Below, piece after piece: positions 11,400 through 23,665 of a stretch of DNA of 64,000 nt; position 1 is the stretch's first letter; the number at the start of each line of letters is the position of its first letter. The DNA is taken from NCBI GenBank assembly GCA_965202585.1, contig CBDBBG010000067.1:1-64000 (forward strand), in the 5' to 3' direction. The translations under genes and the position numbers were made by a program. Under the pieces are notes generated by a model. That model was given only the letters and a program-made list of their open reading frames with translations. It had not been told where the DNA came from and did not search any database. Origin of the DNA: Thalia democratica. Its lineage: Eukaryota.

Positions 11400-11999
11400 T
11401 TAGCTTTTCCAATAAATCCGACTATCGACCTTCACGTAGAATGTTGAATACCCGAAGTCAATCAGGTAGATCGTGTTTTGATCGAACAATCCTGTCATGA
11501 GGTTCTCGGATTTGATGTCGTTGTGAACGATGCCACAGCTGTGAACGTGATTCAGTATTTTCAACACTTGCAAGGCTACCTTCACCGTGGTCTTCAACGA
11601 AAACTTGTCCTTTCTCGTCTCTTCTCTTTTATCAAACAGGTCCTTTCCGAGTATTTCGACAACAAAACTCTGCCTTTCCTCATGAACAAATCTCGGACCG
11701 ATCTTCGGAATGCCGCGAACGTTTTCCTGTTGGAGAATTTTCAGGAACTCGTACTCCCGCAAAATGTATTTGTCTTTGCTTTGAGCTGACGAAGTCTTGA
11801 CCACGACATGTTTGTTTTTATAAGTGGCGTTGTACACGCAGCCGCACCCTCCTTCTTCTAACAACTCTTTCACTACTAAATCTTCTCTGTCAAACAAAAT
11901 TGGTTTTTTCAATTTTTTTTCTGAATCTTCTTCCGACGTTTTGCTGGTTTCTTCGTCGGAATTTCGTGGTGCTAAGTATTTTTCTTCGTTTTGTTTCAT
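11400..11999 (-). CDS. Truncated CK1-like kinase, type A (199 aa)
   Basis: Protein identical to 1189-1788. Confidence 0.8.
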   Translation of the reverse strand: MKQNEEKYLAPRNSDEETSKTSEEDSEKKLKKPILFDREDLVVKELLEEGGCGCVYNATYKNKHVVVKTSSAQSKDKYILREYEFLKILQQENVRGIPKIGPRFVHEERQSFVVEILGKDLFDKREETRKDKFSLKTTVKVALQVLKILNHVHSCGIVHNDIKSENLMTGLFDQNTIYLIDFGYSTFYVKVDSRIYWKS

Positions 12000-12857
12000 A
12001 GCTTTATTATAGATTATTATCTTTAAAAAAAAAAACTTAAAATTATTTAGTGAATTATATTGCTATTGTAATTGAATGTCAAACTTTAATTAACAATTAA
12101 TTTTAAACTCAGAAAGAAACATTTTATTGAGAATAGCTATCGCTATCTATTATATAAAGATAAGTGTGCATATATTTTACTTTCTAAATACTAGTTAAAA
12201 TATATTATTTAAGAACTTGATAACAGCAACTTCGTCGAATTTTCACAAGTCGAATGTTTAGTGTTGTCAACGCAAGCTATACAAAATTATGCAAATTTTT
12301 TCAACATAAAATTGTATGATTCTATGCACATGCCTGTGGACCAAATTTTTTCCAAATAAAAGAGGATTAACTGTGCGAATACATTGAAACATCACTTTTA
12401 AATGACTTTAACCAACAAATAGCTTGTTTTTCACCATGTTTAAGTGAAAGAATTGTGAAAAACAAGCAAAAACTAAGAAAATTAGTGAAAATTCATTTTT
12501 TTGCACTTTTAAGTGGAAAATGCACTATAAAATGCTTAATAAAACAATTTTTGAACATTTAAATGTACTAAAAATACACAATTATTGCTCATGTTGGCCA
12601 TGGCCTGCTTTCTAGCATGTTTTTGGGTTTGGTTGAAAAATTGAAAATATCACGCTGACGTGCTAGTTTGACCATTTTTTAAACTGGCCCATCAAACAAG
12701 GCTGATTCTTAATAGAACTCTTTTGAACTGTTATTGTGTAAATTTTCAGTCAACCTTTCATTTTATAATTTCACAGTTTTTACAACTTCCTTAATTTTTC
12801 ATTTTCTGTCCGCAGATCATCAAATTTCAGTTTAAAATATAGAAGTTTAGTAATTCA

Positions 12858-13457
12858 TTAGCTTTTCCAATAAATCCGACTATCGACCTTCACGTAGAAT
12901 GTTGAATACCCGAAGTCAATCAGGTAGATCGTGTTTTGATCGAACAATCCTGTCATGAGGTTCTCGGATTTGATGTCGTTGTGAACGATGCCACAGCTGT
13001 GAACGTGATTCAGTATTTTCAACACTTGCAAGGCTACCTTCACCGTGGTCTTCAACGAAAACTTGTCCTTTCTCGTCTCTTCTCTTTTATCAAACAGGTC
13101 CTTTCCGAGTATTTCGACAACAAAACTCTGCCTTTCCTCATGAACAAATCTCGGACCGATCTTCGGAATGCCGCGAACGTTTTCCTGTTGGAGAATTTTC
13201 AGGAACTCGTACTCCCGCAAAATGTATTTGTCTTTGCTTTGAGCTGACGAAGTCTTGACCACGACATGTTTGTTTTTATAAGTGGCGTTGTACACGCAGC
13301 CGCACCCTCCTTCTTCTAACAACTCTTTCACTACTAAATCTTCTCTGTCAAACAAAATTGGTTTTTTCAATTTTTTTTCTGAATCTTCTTCCGACGTTTT
13401 GCTGGTTTCTTCGTCGGAATTTCGTGGTGCTAAGTATTTTTCTTCGTTTTGTTTCAT
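12858..13457 (-). CDS. Truncated CK1-like kinase, type A (199 aa)
   Basis: Protein identical to 1189-1788. Confidence 0.8.
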   Translation of the reverse strand: MKQNEEKYLAPRNSDEETSKTSEEDSEKKLKKPILFDREDLVVKELLEEGGCGCVYNATYKNKHVVVKTSSAQSKDKYILREYEFLKILQQENVRGIPKIGPRFVHEERQSFVVEILGKDLFDKREETRKDKFSLKTTVKVALQVLKILNHVHSCGIVHNDIKSENLMTGLFDQNTIYLIDFGYSTFYVKVDSRIYWKS

Positions 13458-14316
13458 AGCTTTATTATAGATTATTATCTTTAAAAAAAAAAAACTTAAA
13501 ATTATTTAGTGAATTATATTGCTATTGTAATTGAATGTCAAACTTTAATTAACAATTAATTTTAAACTCAGAAAGAAACATTTTATTGAGAATAGCTATC
13601 GCTATCTATTATATAAAGATAAGTGTGCATATATTTTACTTTCTAAATACTAGTTAAAATATATTATTTAAGAACTTGATAACAGCAACTTCGTCGAATT
13701 TTCACAAGTCGAATGTTTAGTGTTGTCAACGCAAGCTATACAAAATTATGCAAATTTTTTCAACATAAAATTGTATGATTCTATGCACATGCCTGTGGAC
13801 CAAATTTTTTCCAAATAAAAGAGGATTAACTGTGCGAATACATTGAAACATCACTTTTAAATGACTTTAACCAACAAATAGCTTGTTTTTCACCATGTTT
13901 AAGTGAAAGAATTGTGAAAAACAAGCAAAAACTAAGAAAATTAGTGAAAATTCATTTTTTTGCACTTTTAAGTGGAAAATGCACTATAAAATGCTTAATA
14001 AAACAATTTTTGAACATTTAAATGTACTAAAAATACACAATTATTGCTCATGTTGGCCATGGCCTGCTTTCTAGCATGTTTTTGGGTTTGGTTGAAAAAT
14101 TGAAAATATCACGCTGACGTGCTAGTTTGACCATTTTTTAAACTGGCCCATCAAACAAGGCTGATTCTTAATAGAACTCTTTTGAACTGTTATTGTGTAA
14201 ATTTTCAGTCAACCTTTCATTTTATAATTTCACAGTTTTTACAACTTCCTTAATTTTTCATTTTCTGTCCGCAGATCATCAAATTTCAGTTTAAAATATA
14301 GAAGTTTAGTAATTCA

Positions 14317-14916
14317 TTAGCTTTTCCAATAAATCCGACTATCGACCTTCACGTAGAATGTTGAATACCCGAAGTCAATCAGGTAGATCGTGTTTTGATC
14401 GAACAATCCTGTCATGAGGTTCTCGGATTTGATGTCGTTGTGAACGATGCCACAGCTGTGAACGTGATTCAGTATTTTCAACACTTGCAAGGCTACCTTC
14501 ACCGTGGTCTTCAACGAAAACTTGTCCTTTCTCGTCTCTTCTCTTTTATCAAACAGGTCCTTTCCGAGTATTTCGACAACAAAACTCTGCCTTTCCTCAT
14601 GAACAAATCTCGGACCGATCTTCGGAATGCCGCGAACGTTTTCCTGTTGGAGAATTTTCAGGAACTCGTACTCCCGCAAAATGTATTTGTCTTTGCTTTG
14701 AGCTGACGAAGTCTTGACCACGACATGTTTGTTTTTATAAGTGGCGTTGTACACGCAGCCGCACCCTCCTTCTTCTAACAACTCTTTCACTACTAAATCT
14801 TCTCTGTCAAACAAAATTGGTTTTTTCAATTTTTTTTCTGAATCTTCTTCCGACGTTTTGCTGGTTTCTTCGTCGGAATTTCGTGGTGCTAAGTATTTTT
14901 CTTCGTTTTGTTTCAT
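14317..14916 (-). CDS. Truncated CK1-like kinase, type A (199 aa)
   Basis: Protein identical to 1189-1788. Confidence 0.8.
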   Translation of the reverse strand: MKQNEEKYLAPRNSDEETSKTSEEDSEKKLKKPILFDREDLVVKELLEEGGCGCVYNATYKNKHVVVKTSSAQSKDKYILREYEFLKILQQENVRGIPKIGPRFVHEERQSFVVEILGKDLFDKREETRKDKFSLKTTVKVALQVLKILNHVHSCGIVHNDIKSENLMTGLFDQNTIYLIDFGYSTFYVKVDSRIYWKS

Positions 14917-15774
14917 AGCTTTATTATAGATTATTATCTTTAAAAAAAAAAACTTAAAATTATTTAGTGAATTATATTGCTATTGTAATTGAATGTCAAA
15001 CTTTAATTAACAATTAATTTTAAACTCAGAAAGAAACATTTTATTGAGAATAGCTATCGCTATCTATTATATAAAGATAAGTGTGCATATATTTTACTTT
15101 CTAAATACTAGTTAAAATATATTATTTAAGAACTTGATAACAGCAACTTCGTCGAATTTTCACAAGTCGAATGTTTAGTGTTGTCAACGCAAGCTATACA
15201 AAATTATGCAAATTTTTTCAACATAAAATTGTATGATTCTATGCACATGCCTGTGGACCAAATTTTTTCCAAATAAAAGAGGATTAACTGTGCGAATACA
15301 TTGAAACATCACTTTTAAATGACTTTAACCAACAAATAGCTTGTTTTTCACCATGTTTAAGTGAAAGAATTGTGAAAAACAAGCAAAAACTAAGAAAATT
15401 AGTGAAAATTCATTTTTTTGCACTTTTAAGTGGAAAATGCACTATAAAATGCTTAATAAAACAATTTTTGAACATTTAAATGTACTAAAAATACACAATT
15501 ATTGCTCATGTTGGCCATGGCCTGCTTTCTAGCATGTTTTTGGGTTTGGTTGAAAAATTGAAAATATCACGCTGACGTGCTAGTTTGACCATTTTTTAAA
15601 CTGGCCCATCAAACAAGGCTGATTCTTAATAGAACTCTTTTGAACTGTTATTGTGTAAATTTTCAGTCAACCTTTCATTTTATAATTTCACAGTTTTTAC
15701 AACTTCCTTAATTTTTCATTTTCTGTCCGCAGATCATCAAATTTCAGTTTAAAATATAGAAGTTTAGTAATTCA

Positions 15775-16374
15775 TTAGCTTTTCCAATAAATCCGACTAT
15801 CGACCTTCACGTAGAATGTTGAATACCCGAAGTCAATCAGGTAGATCGTGTTTTGATCGAACAATCCTGTCATGAGGTTCTCGGATTTGATGTCGTTGTG
15901 AACGATGCCACAGCTGTGAACGTGATTCAGTATTTTCAACACTTGCAAGGCTACCTTCACCGTGGTCTTCAACGAAAACTTGTCCTTTCTCGTCTCTTCT
16001 CTTTTATCAAACAGGTCCTTTCCGAGTATTTCGACAACAAAACTCTGCCTTTCCTCATGAACAAATCTCGGACCGATCTTCGGAATGCCGCGAACGTTTT
16101 CCTGTTGGAGAATTTTCAGGAACTCGTACTCCCGCAAAATGTATTTGTCTTTGCTTTGAGCTGACGAAGTCTTGACCACGACATGTTTGTTTTTATAAGT
16201 GGCGTTGTACACGCAGCCGCACCCTCCTTCTTCTAACAACTCTTTCACTACTAAATCTTCTCTGTCAAACAAAATTGGTTTTTTCAATTTTTTTTCTGAA
16301 TCTTCTTCCGACGTTTTGCTGGTTTCTTCGTCGGAATTTCGTGGTGCTAAGTATTTTTCTTCGTTTTGTTTCAT
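15775..16374 (-). CDS. Truncated CK1-like kinase, type A (199 aa)
   Basis: Protein identical to 1189-1788. Confidence 0.8.
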   Translation of the reverse strand: MKQNEEKYLAPRNSDEETSKTSEEDSEKKLKKPILFDREDLVVKELLEEGGCGCVYNATYKNKHVVVKTSSAQSKDKYILREYEFLKILQQENVRGIPKIGPRFVHEERQSFVVEILGKDLFDKREETRKDKFSLKTTVKVALQVLKILNHVHSCGIVHNDIKSENLMTGLFDQNTIYLIDFGYSTFYVKVDSRIYWKS

Positions 16375-17232
16375 AGCTTTATTATAGATTATTATCTTTA
16401 AAAAAAAAAACTTAAAATTATTTAGTGAATTATATTGCTATTGTAATTGAATGTCAAACTTTAATTAACAATTAATTTTAAACTCAGAAAGAAACATTTT
16501 ATTGAGAATAGCTATCGCTATCTATTATATAAAGATAAGTGTGCATATATTTTACTTTCTAAATACTAGTTAAAATATATTATTTAAGAACTTGATAACA
16601 GCAACTTCGTCGAATTTTCACAAGTCGAATGTTTAGTGTTGTCAACGCAAGCTATACAAAATTATGCAAATTTTTTCAACATAAAATTGTATGATTCTAT
16701 GCACATGCCTGTGGACCAAATTTTTTCCAAATAAAAGAGGATTAACTGTGCGAATACATTGAAACATCACTTTTAAATGACTTTAACCAACAAATAGCTT
16801 GTTTTTCACCATGTTTAAGTGAAAGAATTGTGAAAAACAAGCAAAAACTAAGAAAATTAGTGAAAATTCATTTTTTTGCACTTTTAAGTGGAAAATGCAC
16901 TATAAAATGCTTAATAAAACAATTTTTGAACATTTAAATGTACTAAAAATACACAATTATTGCTCATGTTGGCCATGGCCTGCTTTCTAGCATGTTTTTG
17001 GGTTTGGTTGAAAAATTGAAAATATCACGCTGACGTGCTAGTTTGACCATTTTTTAAACTGGCCCATCAAACAAGGCTGATTCTTAATAGAACTCTTTTG
17101 AACTGTTATTGTGTAAATTTTCAGTCAACCTTTCATTTTATAATTTCACAGTTTTTACAACTTCCTTAATTTTTCATTTTCTGTCCGCAGATCATCAAAT
17201 TTCAGTTTAAAATATAGAAGTTTAGTAATTCA

Positions 17233-17832
17233 TTAGCTTTTCCAATAAATCCGACTATCGACCTTCACGTAGAATGTTGAATACCCGAAGTCAATCAGGT
17301 AGATCGTGTTTTGATCGAACAATCCTGTCATGAGGTTCTCGGATTTGATGTCGTTGTGAACGATGCCACAGCTGTGGACTTGATTCAGTATTTTCAACAC
17401 TTGCAAGGCTACCTTCACCGTGGTCTTCAACGAAAACTTGTCCTTTCTCGTCTCTCCTCTTTTGTCAAACAGGTCCTTTCCGAGTTTTTCGACAACAAAA
17501 CTCTGTCTTTCTTCATGAACGAATCTAGGACCGATCTTTGGAATGCCGCGAACGTTTCCCTTTTGGAGAATTTTCAGGAACTCGTACTCCTGCAAAATAT
17601 ATTTGTCTTTGCTTTCAGCTAATGAAGTCTTGACCACGACAGGTTTGTTTTTATAAGTGGCATTGTAAACATAGCCGCACCCTCCTTCTTGTAACAACTC
17701 TTTCACTACTAAATCTTCTCTGTCAAACAAAATTGGTTTTTCCAACTCTTTTTCTGAATCTTCTTTCGACGTTTTGCTGGTTTCTTCGTCGGAGTTTCGT
17801 GGTACTAAGTGTTTTTCTTCGTTTCGTTTCAT
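17233..17832 (-). CDS. Truncated CK1-like kinase, divergent haplotype C inside an A unit (199 aa)
   Basis: 17 aa differences from A (Q3R Y8H A10V E23K K29E K31E E48Q C54Y H64P S71L Q73E R81Q Q91K E92G I116K E126G H151Q); ORF intact; A-type C-terminus. Confidence 0.8.
   Translation of the reverse strand: MKRNEEKHLVPRNSDEETSKTSKEDSEKELEKPILFDREDLVVKELLQEGGCGYVYNATYKNKPVVVKTSLAESKDKYILQEYEFLKILQKGNVRGIPKIGPRFVHEERQSFVVEKLGKDLFDKRGETRKDKFSLKTTVKVALQVLKILNQVHSCGIVHNDIKSENLMTGLFDQNTIYLIDFGYSTFYVKVDSRIYWKS
17377..17825. other. Divergent tract (probable gene-conversion patch or relic copy)
   Basis: 31 substitutions against neighbouring A copies in 449 bp, no indels; both flanks are A-type. Confidence 0.8.
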
Positions 17833-18691
17833 AGCTTTATTATAGATTATTATCTTTAAAAAAAAAAAACTTAAAATTATTTAGTGAATTATATTGCTAT
17901 TGTAATTGAATGTCAAACTTTAATTAACAATTAATTTTAAACTCAGAAAGAAACATTTTATTGAGAATAGCTATCGCTATCTATTATATAAAGATAAGTG
18001 TGCATATATTTTACTTTCTAAATACTAGTTAAAATATATTATTTAAGAACTTGATAACAGCAACTTCGTCGAATTTTCACAAGTCGAATGTTTAGTGTTG
18101 TCAACGCAAGCTATACAAAATTATGCAAATTTTTTCAACATAAAATTGTATGATTCTATGCACATGCCTGTGGACCAAATTTTTTCCAAATAAAAGAGGA
18201 TTAACTGTGCGAATACATTGAAACATCACTTTTAAATGACTTTAACCAACAAATAGCTTGTTTTTCACCATGTTTAAGTGAAAGAATTGTGAAAAACAAG
18301 CAAAAACTAAGAAAATTAGTGAAAATTCATTTTTTTGCACTTTTAAGTGGAAAATGCACTATAAAATGCTTAATAAAACAATTTTTGAACATTTAAATGT
18401 ACTAAAAATACACAATTATTGCTCATGTTGGCCATGGCCTGCTTTCTAGCATGTTTTTGGGTTTGGTTGAAAAATTGAAAATATCACGCTGACGTGCTAG
18501 TTTGACCATTTTTTAAACTGGCCCATCAAACAAGGCTGATTCTTAATAGAACTCTTTTGAACTGTTATTGTGTAAATTTTCAGTCAACCTTTCATTTTAT
18601 AATTTCACAGTTTTTACAACTTCCTTAATTTTTCATTTTCTGTCCGCAGATCATCAAATTTCAGTTTAAAATATAGAAGTTTAGTAATTCA

Positions 18692-19291
18692 TTAGCTTTT
18701 CCAATAAATCCGACTATCGACCTTCACGTAGAATGTTGAATACCCGAAGTCAATCAGGTAGATCGTGTTTTGATCGAACAATCCTGTCATGAGGTTCTCG
18801 GATTTGATGTCGTTGTGAACGATGCCACAGCTGTGAACGTGATTCAGTATTTTCAACACTTGCAAGGCTACCTTCACCGTGGTCTTCAACGAAAACTTGT
18901 CCTTTCTCGTCTCTTCTCTTTTATCAAACAGGTCCTTTCCGAGTATTTCGACAACAAAACTCTGCCTTTCCTCATGAACAAATCTCGGACCGATCTTCGG
19001 AATGCCGCGAACGTTTTCCTGTTGGAGAATTTTCAGGAACTCGTACTCCCGCAAAATGTATTTGTCTTTGCTTTGAGCTGACGAAGTCTTGACCACGACA
19101 TGTTTGTTTTTATAAGTGGCGTTGTACACGCAGCCGCACCCTCCTTCTTCTAACAACTCTTTCACTACTAAATCTTCTCTGTCAAACAAAATTGGTTTTT
19201 TCAATTTTTTTTCTGAATCTTCTTCCGACGTTTTGCTGGTTTCTTCGTCGGAATTTCGTGGTGCTAAGTATTTTTCTTCGTTTTGTTTCAT
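18692..19291 (-). CDS. Truncated CK1-like kinase, type A (199 aa)
   Basis: Protein identical to 1189-1788. Confidence 0.8.
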   Translation of the reverse strand: MKQNEEKYLAPRNSDEETSKTSEEDSEKKLKKPILFDREDLVVKELLEEGGCGCVYNATYKNKHVVVKTSSAQSKDKYILREYEFLKILQQENVRGIPKIGPRFVHEERQSFVVEILGKDLFDKREETRKDKFSLKTTVKVALQVLKILNHVHSCGIVHNDIKSENLMTGLFDQNTIYLIDFGYSTFYVKVDSRIYWKS

Positions 19292-20149
19292 AGCTTTATT
19301 ATAGATTATTATCTTTAAAAAAAAAAACTTAAAATTATTTAGTGAATTATATTGCTATTGTAATTGAATGTCAAACTTTAATTAACAATTAATTTTAAAC
19401 TCAGAAAGAAACATTTTATTGAGAATAGCTATCGCTATCTATTATATAAAGATAAGTGTGCATATATTTTACTTTCTAAATACTAGTTAAAATATATTAT
19501 TTAAGAACTTGATAACAGCAACTTCGTCGAATTTTCACAAGTCGAATGTTTAGTGTTGTCAACGCAAGCTATACAAAATTATGCAAATTTTTTCAACATA
19601 AAATTGTATGATTCTATGCACATGCCTGTGGACCAAATTTTTTCCAAATAAAAGAGGATTAACTGTGCGAATACATTGAAACATCACTTTTAAATGACTT
19701 TAACCAACAAATAGCTTGTTTTTCACCATGTTTAAGTGAAAGAATTGTGAAAAACAAGCAAAAACTAAGAAAATTAGTGAAAATTCATTTTTTTGCACTT
19801 TTAAGTGGAAAATGCACTATAAAATGCTTAATAAAACAATTTTTGAACATTTAAATGTACTAAAAATACACAATTATTGCTCATGTTGGCCATGGCCTGC
19901 TTTCTAGCATGTTTTTGGGTTTGGTTGAAAAATTGAAAATATCACGCTGACGTGCTAGTTTGACCATTTTTTAAACTGGCCCATCAAACAAGGCTGATTC
20001 TTAATAGAACTCTTTTGAACTGTTATTGTGTAAATTTTCAGTCAACCTTTCATTTTATAATTTCACAGTTTTTACAACTTCCTTAATTTTTCATTTTCTG
20101 TCCGCAGATCATCAAATTTCAGTTTAAAATATAGAAGTTTAGTAATTCA

Positions 20150-20749
20150 TTAGCTTTTCCAATAAATCCGACTATCGACCTTCACGTAGAATGTTGAATA
20201 CCCGAAGTCAATCAGGTAGATCGTGTTTTGATCGAACAATCCTGTCATGAGGTTCTCGGATTTGATGTCGTTGTGAACGATGCCACAGCTGTGAACGTGA
20301 TTCAGTATTTTCAACACTTGCAAGGCTACCTTCACCGTGGTCTTCAACGAAAACTTGTCCTTTCTCGTCTCTTCTCTTTTATCAAACAGGTCCTTTCCGA
20401 GTATTTCGACAACAAAACTCTGCCTTTCCTCATGAACAAATCTCGGACCGATCTTCGGAATGCCGCGAACGTTTTCCTGTTGGAGAATTTTCAGGAACTC
20501 GTACTCCCGCAAAATGTATTTGTCTTTGCTTTGAGCTGACGAAGTCTTGACCACGACATGTTTGTTTTTATAAGTGGCGTTGTACACGCAGCCGCACCCT
20601 CCTTCTTCTAACAACTCTTTCACTACTAAATCTTCTCTGTCAAACAAAATTGGTTTTTTCAATTTTTTTTCTGAATCTTCTTCCGACGTTTTGCTGGTTT
20701 CTTCGTCGGAATTTCGTGGTGCTAAGTATTTTTCTTCGTTTTGTTTCAT
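20150..20749 (-). CDS. Truncated CK1-like kinase, type A (199 aa)
   Basis: Protein identical to 1189-1788. Confidence 0.8.
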   Translation of the reverse strand: MKQNEEKYLAPRNSDEETSKTSEEDSEKKLKKPILFDREDLVVKELLEEGGCGCVYNATYKNKHVVVKTSSAQSKDKYILREYEFLKILQQENVRGIPKIGPRFVHEERQSFVVEILGKDLFDKREETRKDKFSLKTTVKVALQVLKILNHVHSCGIVHNDIKSENLMTGLFDQNTIYLIDFGYSTFYVKVDSRIYWKS

Positions 20750-21607
20750 AGCTTTATTATAGATTATTATCTTTAAAAAAAAAAACTTAAAATTATTTAG
20801 TGAATTATATTGCTATTGTAATTGAATGTCAAACTTTAATTAACAATTAATTTTAAACTCAGAAAGAAACATTTTATTGAGAATAGCTATCGCTATCTAT
20901 TATATAAAGATAAGTGTGCATATATTTTACTTTCTAAATACTAGTTAAAATATATTATTTAAGAACTTGATAACAGCAACTTCGTCGAATTTTCACAAGT
21001 CGAATGTTTAGTGTTGTCAACGCAAGCTATACAAAATTATGCAAATTTTTTCAACATAAAATTGTATGATTCTATGCACATGCCTGTGGACCAAATTTTT
21101 TCCAAATAAAAGAGGATTAACTGTGCGAATACATTGAAACATCACTTTTAAATGACTTTAACCAACAAATAGCTTGTTTTTCACCATGTTTAAGTGAAAG
21201 AATTGTGAAAAACAAGCAAAAACTAAGAAAATTAGTGAAAATTCATTTTTTTGCACTTTTAAGTGGAAAATGCACTATAAAATGCTTAATAAAACAATTT
21301 TTGAACATTTAAATGTACTAAAAATACACAATTATTGCTCATGTTGGCCATGGCCTGCTTTCTAGCATGTTTTTGGGTTTGGTTGAAAAATTGAAAATAT
21401 CACGCTGACGTGCTAGTTTGACCATTTTTTAAACTGGCCCATCAAACAAGGCTGATTCTTAATAGAACTCTTTTGAACTGTTATTGTGTAAATTTTCAGT
21501 CAACCTTTCATTTTATAATTTCACAGTTTTTACAACTTCCTTAATTTTTCATTTTCTGTCCGCAGATCATCAAATTTCAGTTTAAAATATAGAAGTTTAG
21601 TAATTCA

Positions 21608-22207
21608 TTAGCTTTTCCAATAAATCCGACTATCGACCTTCACGTAGAATGTTGAATACCCGAAGTCAATCAGGTAGATCGTGTTTTGATCGAACAATCC
21701 TGTCATGAGGTTCTCGGATTTGATGTCGTTGTGAACGATGCCACAGCTGTGAACGTGATTCAGTATTTTCAACACTTGCAAGGCTACCTTCACCGTGGTC
21801 TTCAACGAAAACTTGTCCTTTCTCGTCTCTTCTCTTTTATCAAACAGGTCCTTTCCGAGTATTTCGACAACAAAACTCTGCCTTTCCTCATGAACAAATC
21901 TCGGACCGATCTTCGGAATGCCGCGAACGTTTTCCTGTTGGAGAATTTTCAGGAACTCGTACTCCCGCAAAATGTATTTGTCTTTGCTTTGAGCTGACGA
22001 AGTCTTGACCACGACATGTTTGTTTTTATAAGTGGCGTTGTACACGCAGCCGCACCCTCCTTCTTCTAACAACTCTTTCACTACTAAATCTTCTCTGTCA
22101 AACAAAATTGGTTTTTTCAATTTTTTTTCTGAATCTTCTTCCGACGTTTTGCTGGTTTCTTCGTCGGAATTTCGTGGTGCTAAGTATTTTTCTTCGTTTT
22201 GTTTCAT
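21608..22207 (-). CDS. Truncated CK1-like kinase, type A (199 aa)
   Basis: Protein identical to 1189-1788. Confidence 0.8.
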   Translation of the reverse strand: MKQNEEKYLAPRNSDEETSKTSEEDSEKKLKKPILFDREDLVVKELLEEGGCGCVYNATYKNKHVVVKTSSAQSKDKYILREYEFLKILQQENVRGIPKIGPRFVHEERQSFVVEILGKDLFDKREETRKDKFSLKTTVKVALQVLKILNHVHSCGIVHNDIKSENLMTGLFDQNTIYLIDFGYSTFYVKVDSRIYWKS

Positions 22208-23065
22208 AGCTTTATTATAGATTATTATCTTTAAAAAAAAAAACTTAAAATTATTTAGTGAATTATATTGCTATTGTAATTGAATGTCAAACTTTAATTA
22301 ACAATTAATTTTAAACTCAGAAAGAAACATTTTATTGAGAATAGCTATCGCTATCTATTATATAAAGATAAGTGTGCATATATTTTACTTTCTAAATACT
22401 AGTTAAAATATATTATTTAAGAACTTGATAACAGCAACTTCGTCGAATTTTCACAAGTCGAATGTTTAGTGTTGTCAACGCAAGCTATACAAAATTATGC
22501 AAATTTTTTCAACATAAAATTGTATGATTCTATGCACATGCCTGTGGACCAAATTTTTTCCAAATAAAAGAGGATTAACTGTGCGAATACATTGAAACAT
22601 CACTTTTAAATGACTTTAACCAACAAATAGCTTGTTTTTCACCATGTTTAAGTGAAAGAATTGTGAAAAACAAGCAAAAACTAAGAAAATTAGTGAAAAT
22701 TCATTTTTTTGCACTTTTAAGTGGAAAATGCACTATAAAATGCTTAATAAAACAATTTTTGAACATTTAAATGTACTAAAAATACACAATTATTGCTCAT
22801 GTTGGCCATGGCCTGCTTTCTAGCATGTTTTTGGGTTTGGTTGAAAAATTGAAAATATCACGCTGACGTGCTAGTTTGACCATTTTTTAAACTGGCCCAT
22901 CAAACAAGGCTGATTCTTAATAGAACTCTTTTGAACTGTTATTGTGTAAATTTTCAGTCAACCTTTCATTTTATAATTTCACAGTTTTTACAACTTCCTT
23001 AATTTTTCATTTTCTGTCCGCAGATCATCAAATTTCAGTTTAAAATATAGAAGTTTAGTAATTCA

Positions 23066-23665
23066 TTAGCTTTTCCAATAAATCCGACTATCGACCTTCA
23101 CGTAGAATGTTGAATACCCGAAGTCAATCAGGTAGATCGTGTTTTGATCGAACAATCCTGTCATGAGGTTCTCGGATTTGATGTCGTTGTGAACGATGCC
23201 ACAGCTGTGAACGTGATTCAGTATTTTCAACACTTGCAAGGCTACCTTCACCGTGGTCTTCAACGAAAACTTGTCCTTTCTCGTCTCTTCTCTTTTATCA
23301 AACAGGTCCTTTCCGAGTATTTCGACAACAAAACTCTGCCTTTCCTCATGAACAAATCTCGGACCGATCTTCGGAATGCCGCGAACGTTTTCCTGTTGGA
23401 GAATTTTCAGGAACTCGTACTCCCGCAAAATGTATTTGTCTTTGCTTTGAGCTGACGAAGTCTTGACCACGACATGTTTGTTTTTATAAGTGGCGTTGTA
23501 CACGCAGCCGCACCCTCCTTCTTCTAACAACTCTTTCACTACTAAATCTTCTCTGTCAAACAAAATTGGTTTTTTCAATTTTTTTTCTGAATCTTCTTCC
23601 GACGTTTTGCTGGTTTCTTCGTCGGAATTTCGTGGTGCTAAGTATTTTTCTTCGTTTTGTTTCAT
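23066..23665 (-). CDS. Truncated CK1-like kinase, type A (199 aa)
   Basis: Protein identical to 1189-1788. Confidence 0.8.
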   Translation of the reverse strand: MKQNEEKYLAPRNSDEETSKTSEEDSEKKLKKPILFDREDLVVKELLEEGGCGCVYNATYKNKHVVVKTSSAQSKDKYILREYEFLKILQQENVRGIPKIGPRFVHEERQSFVVEILGKDLFDKREETRKDKFSLKTTVKVALQVLKILNHVHSCGIVHNDIKSENLMTGLFDQNTIYLIDFGYSTFYVKVDSRIYWKS

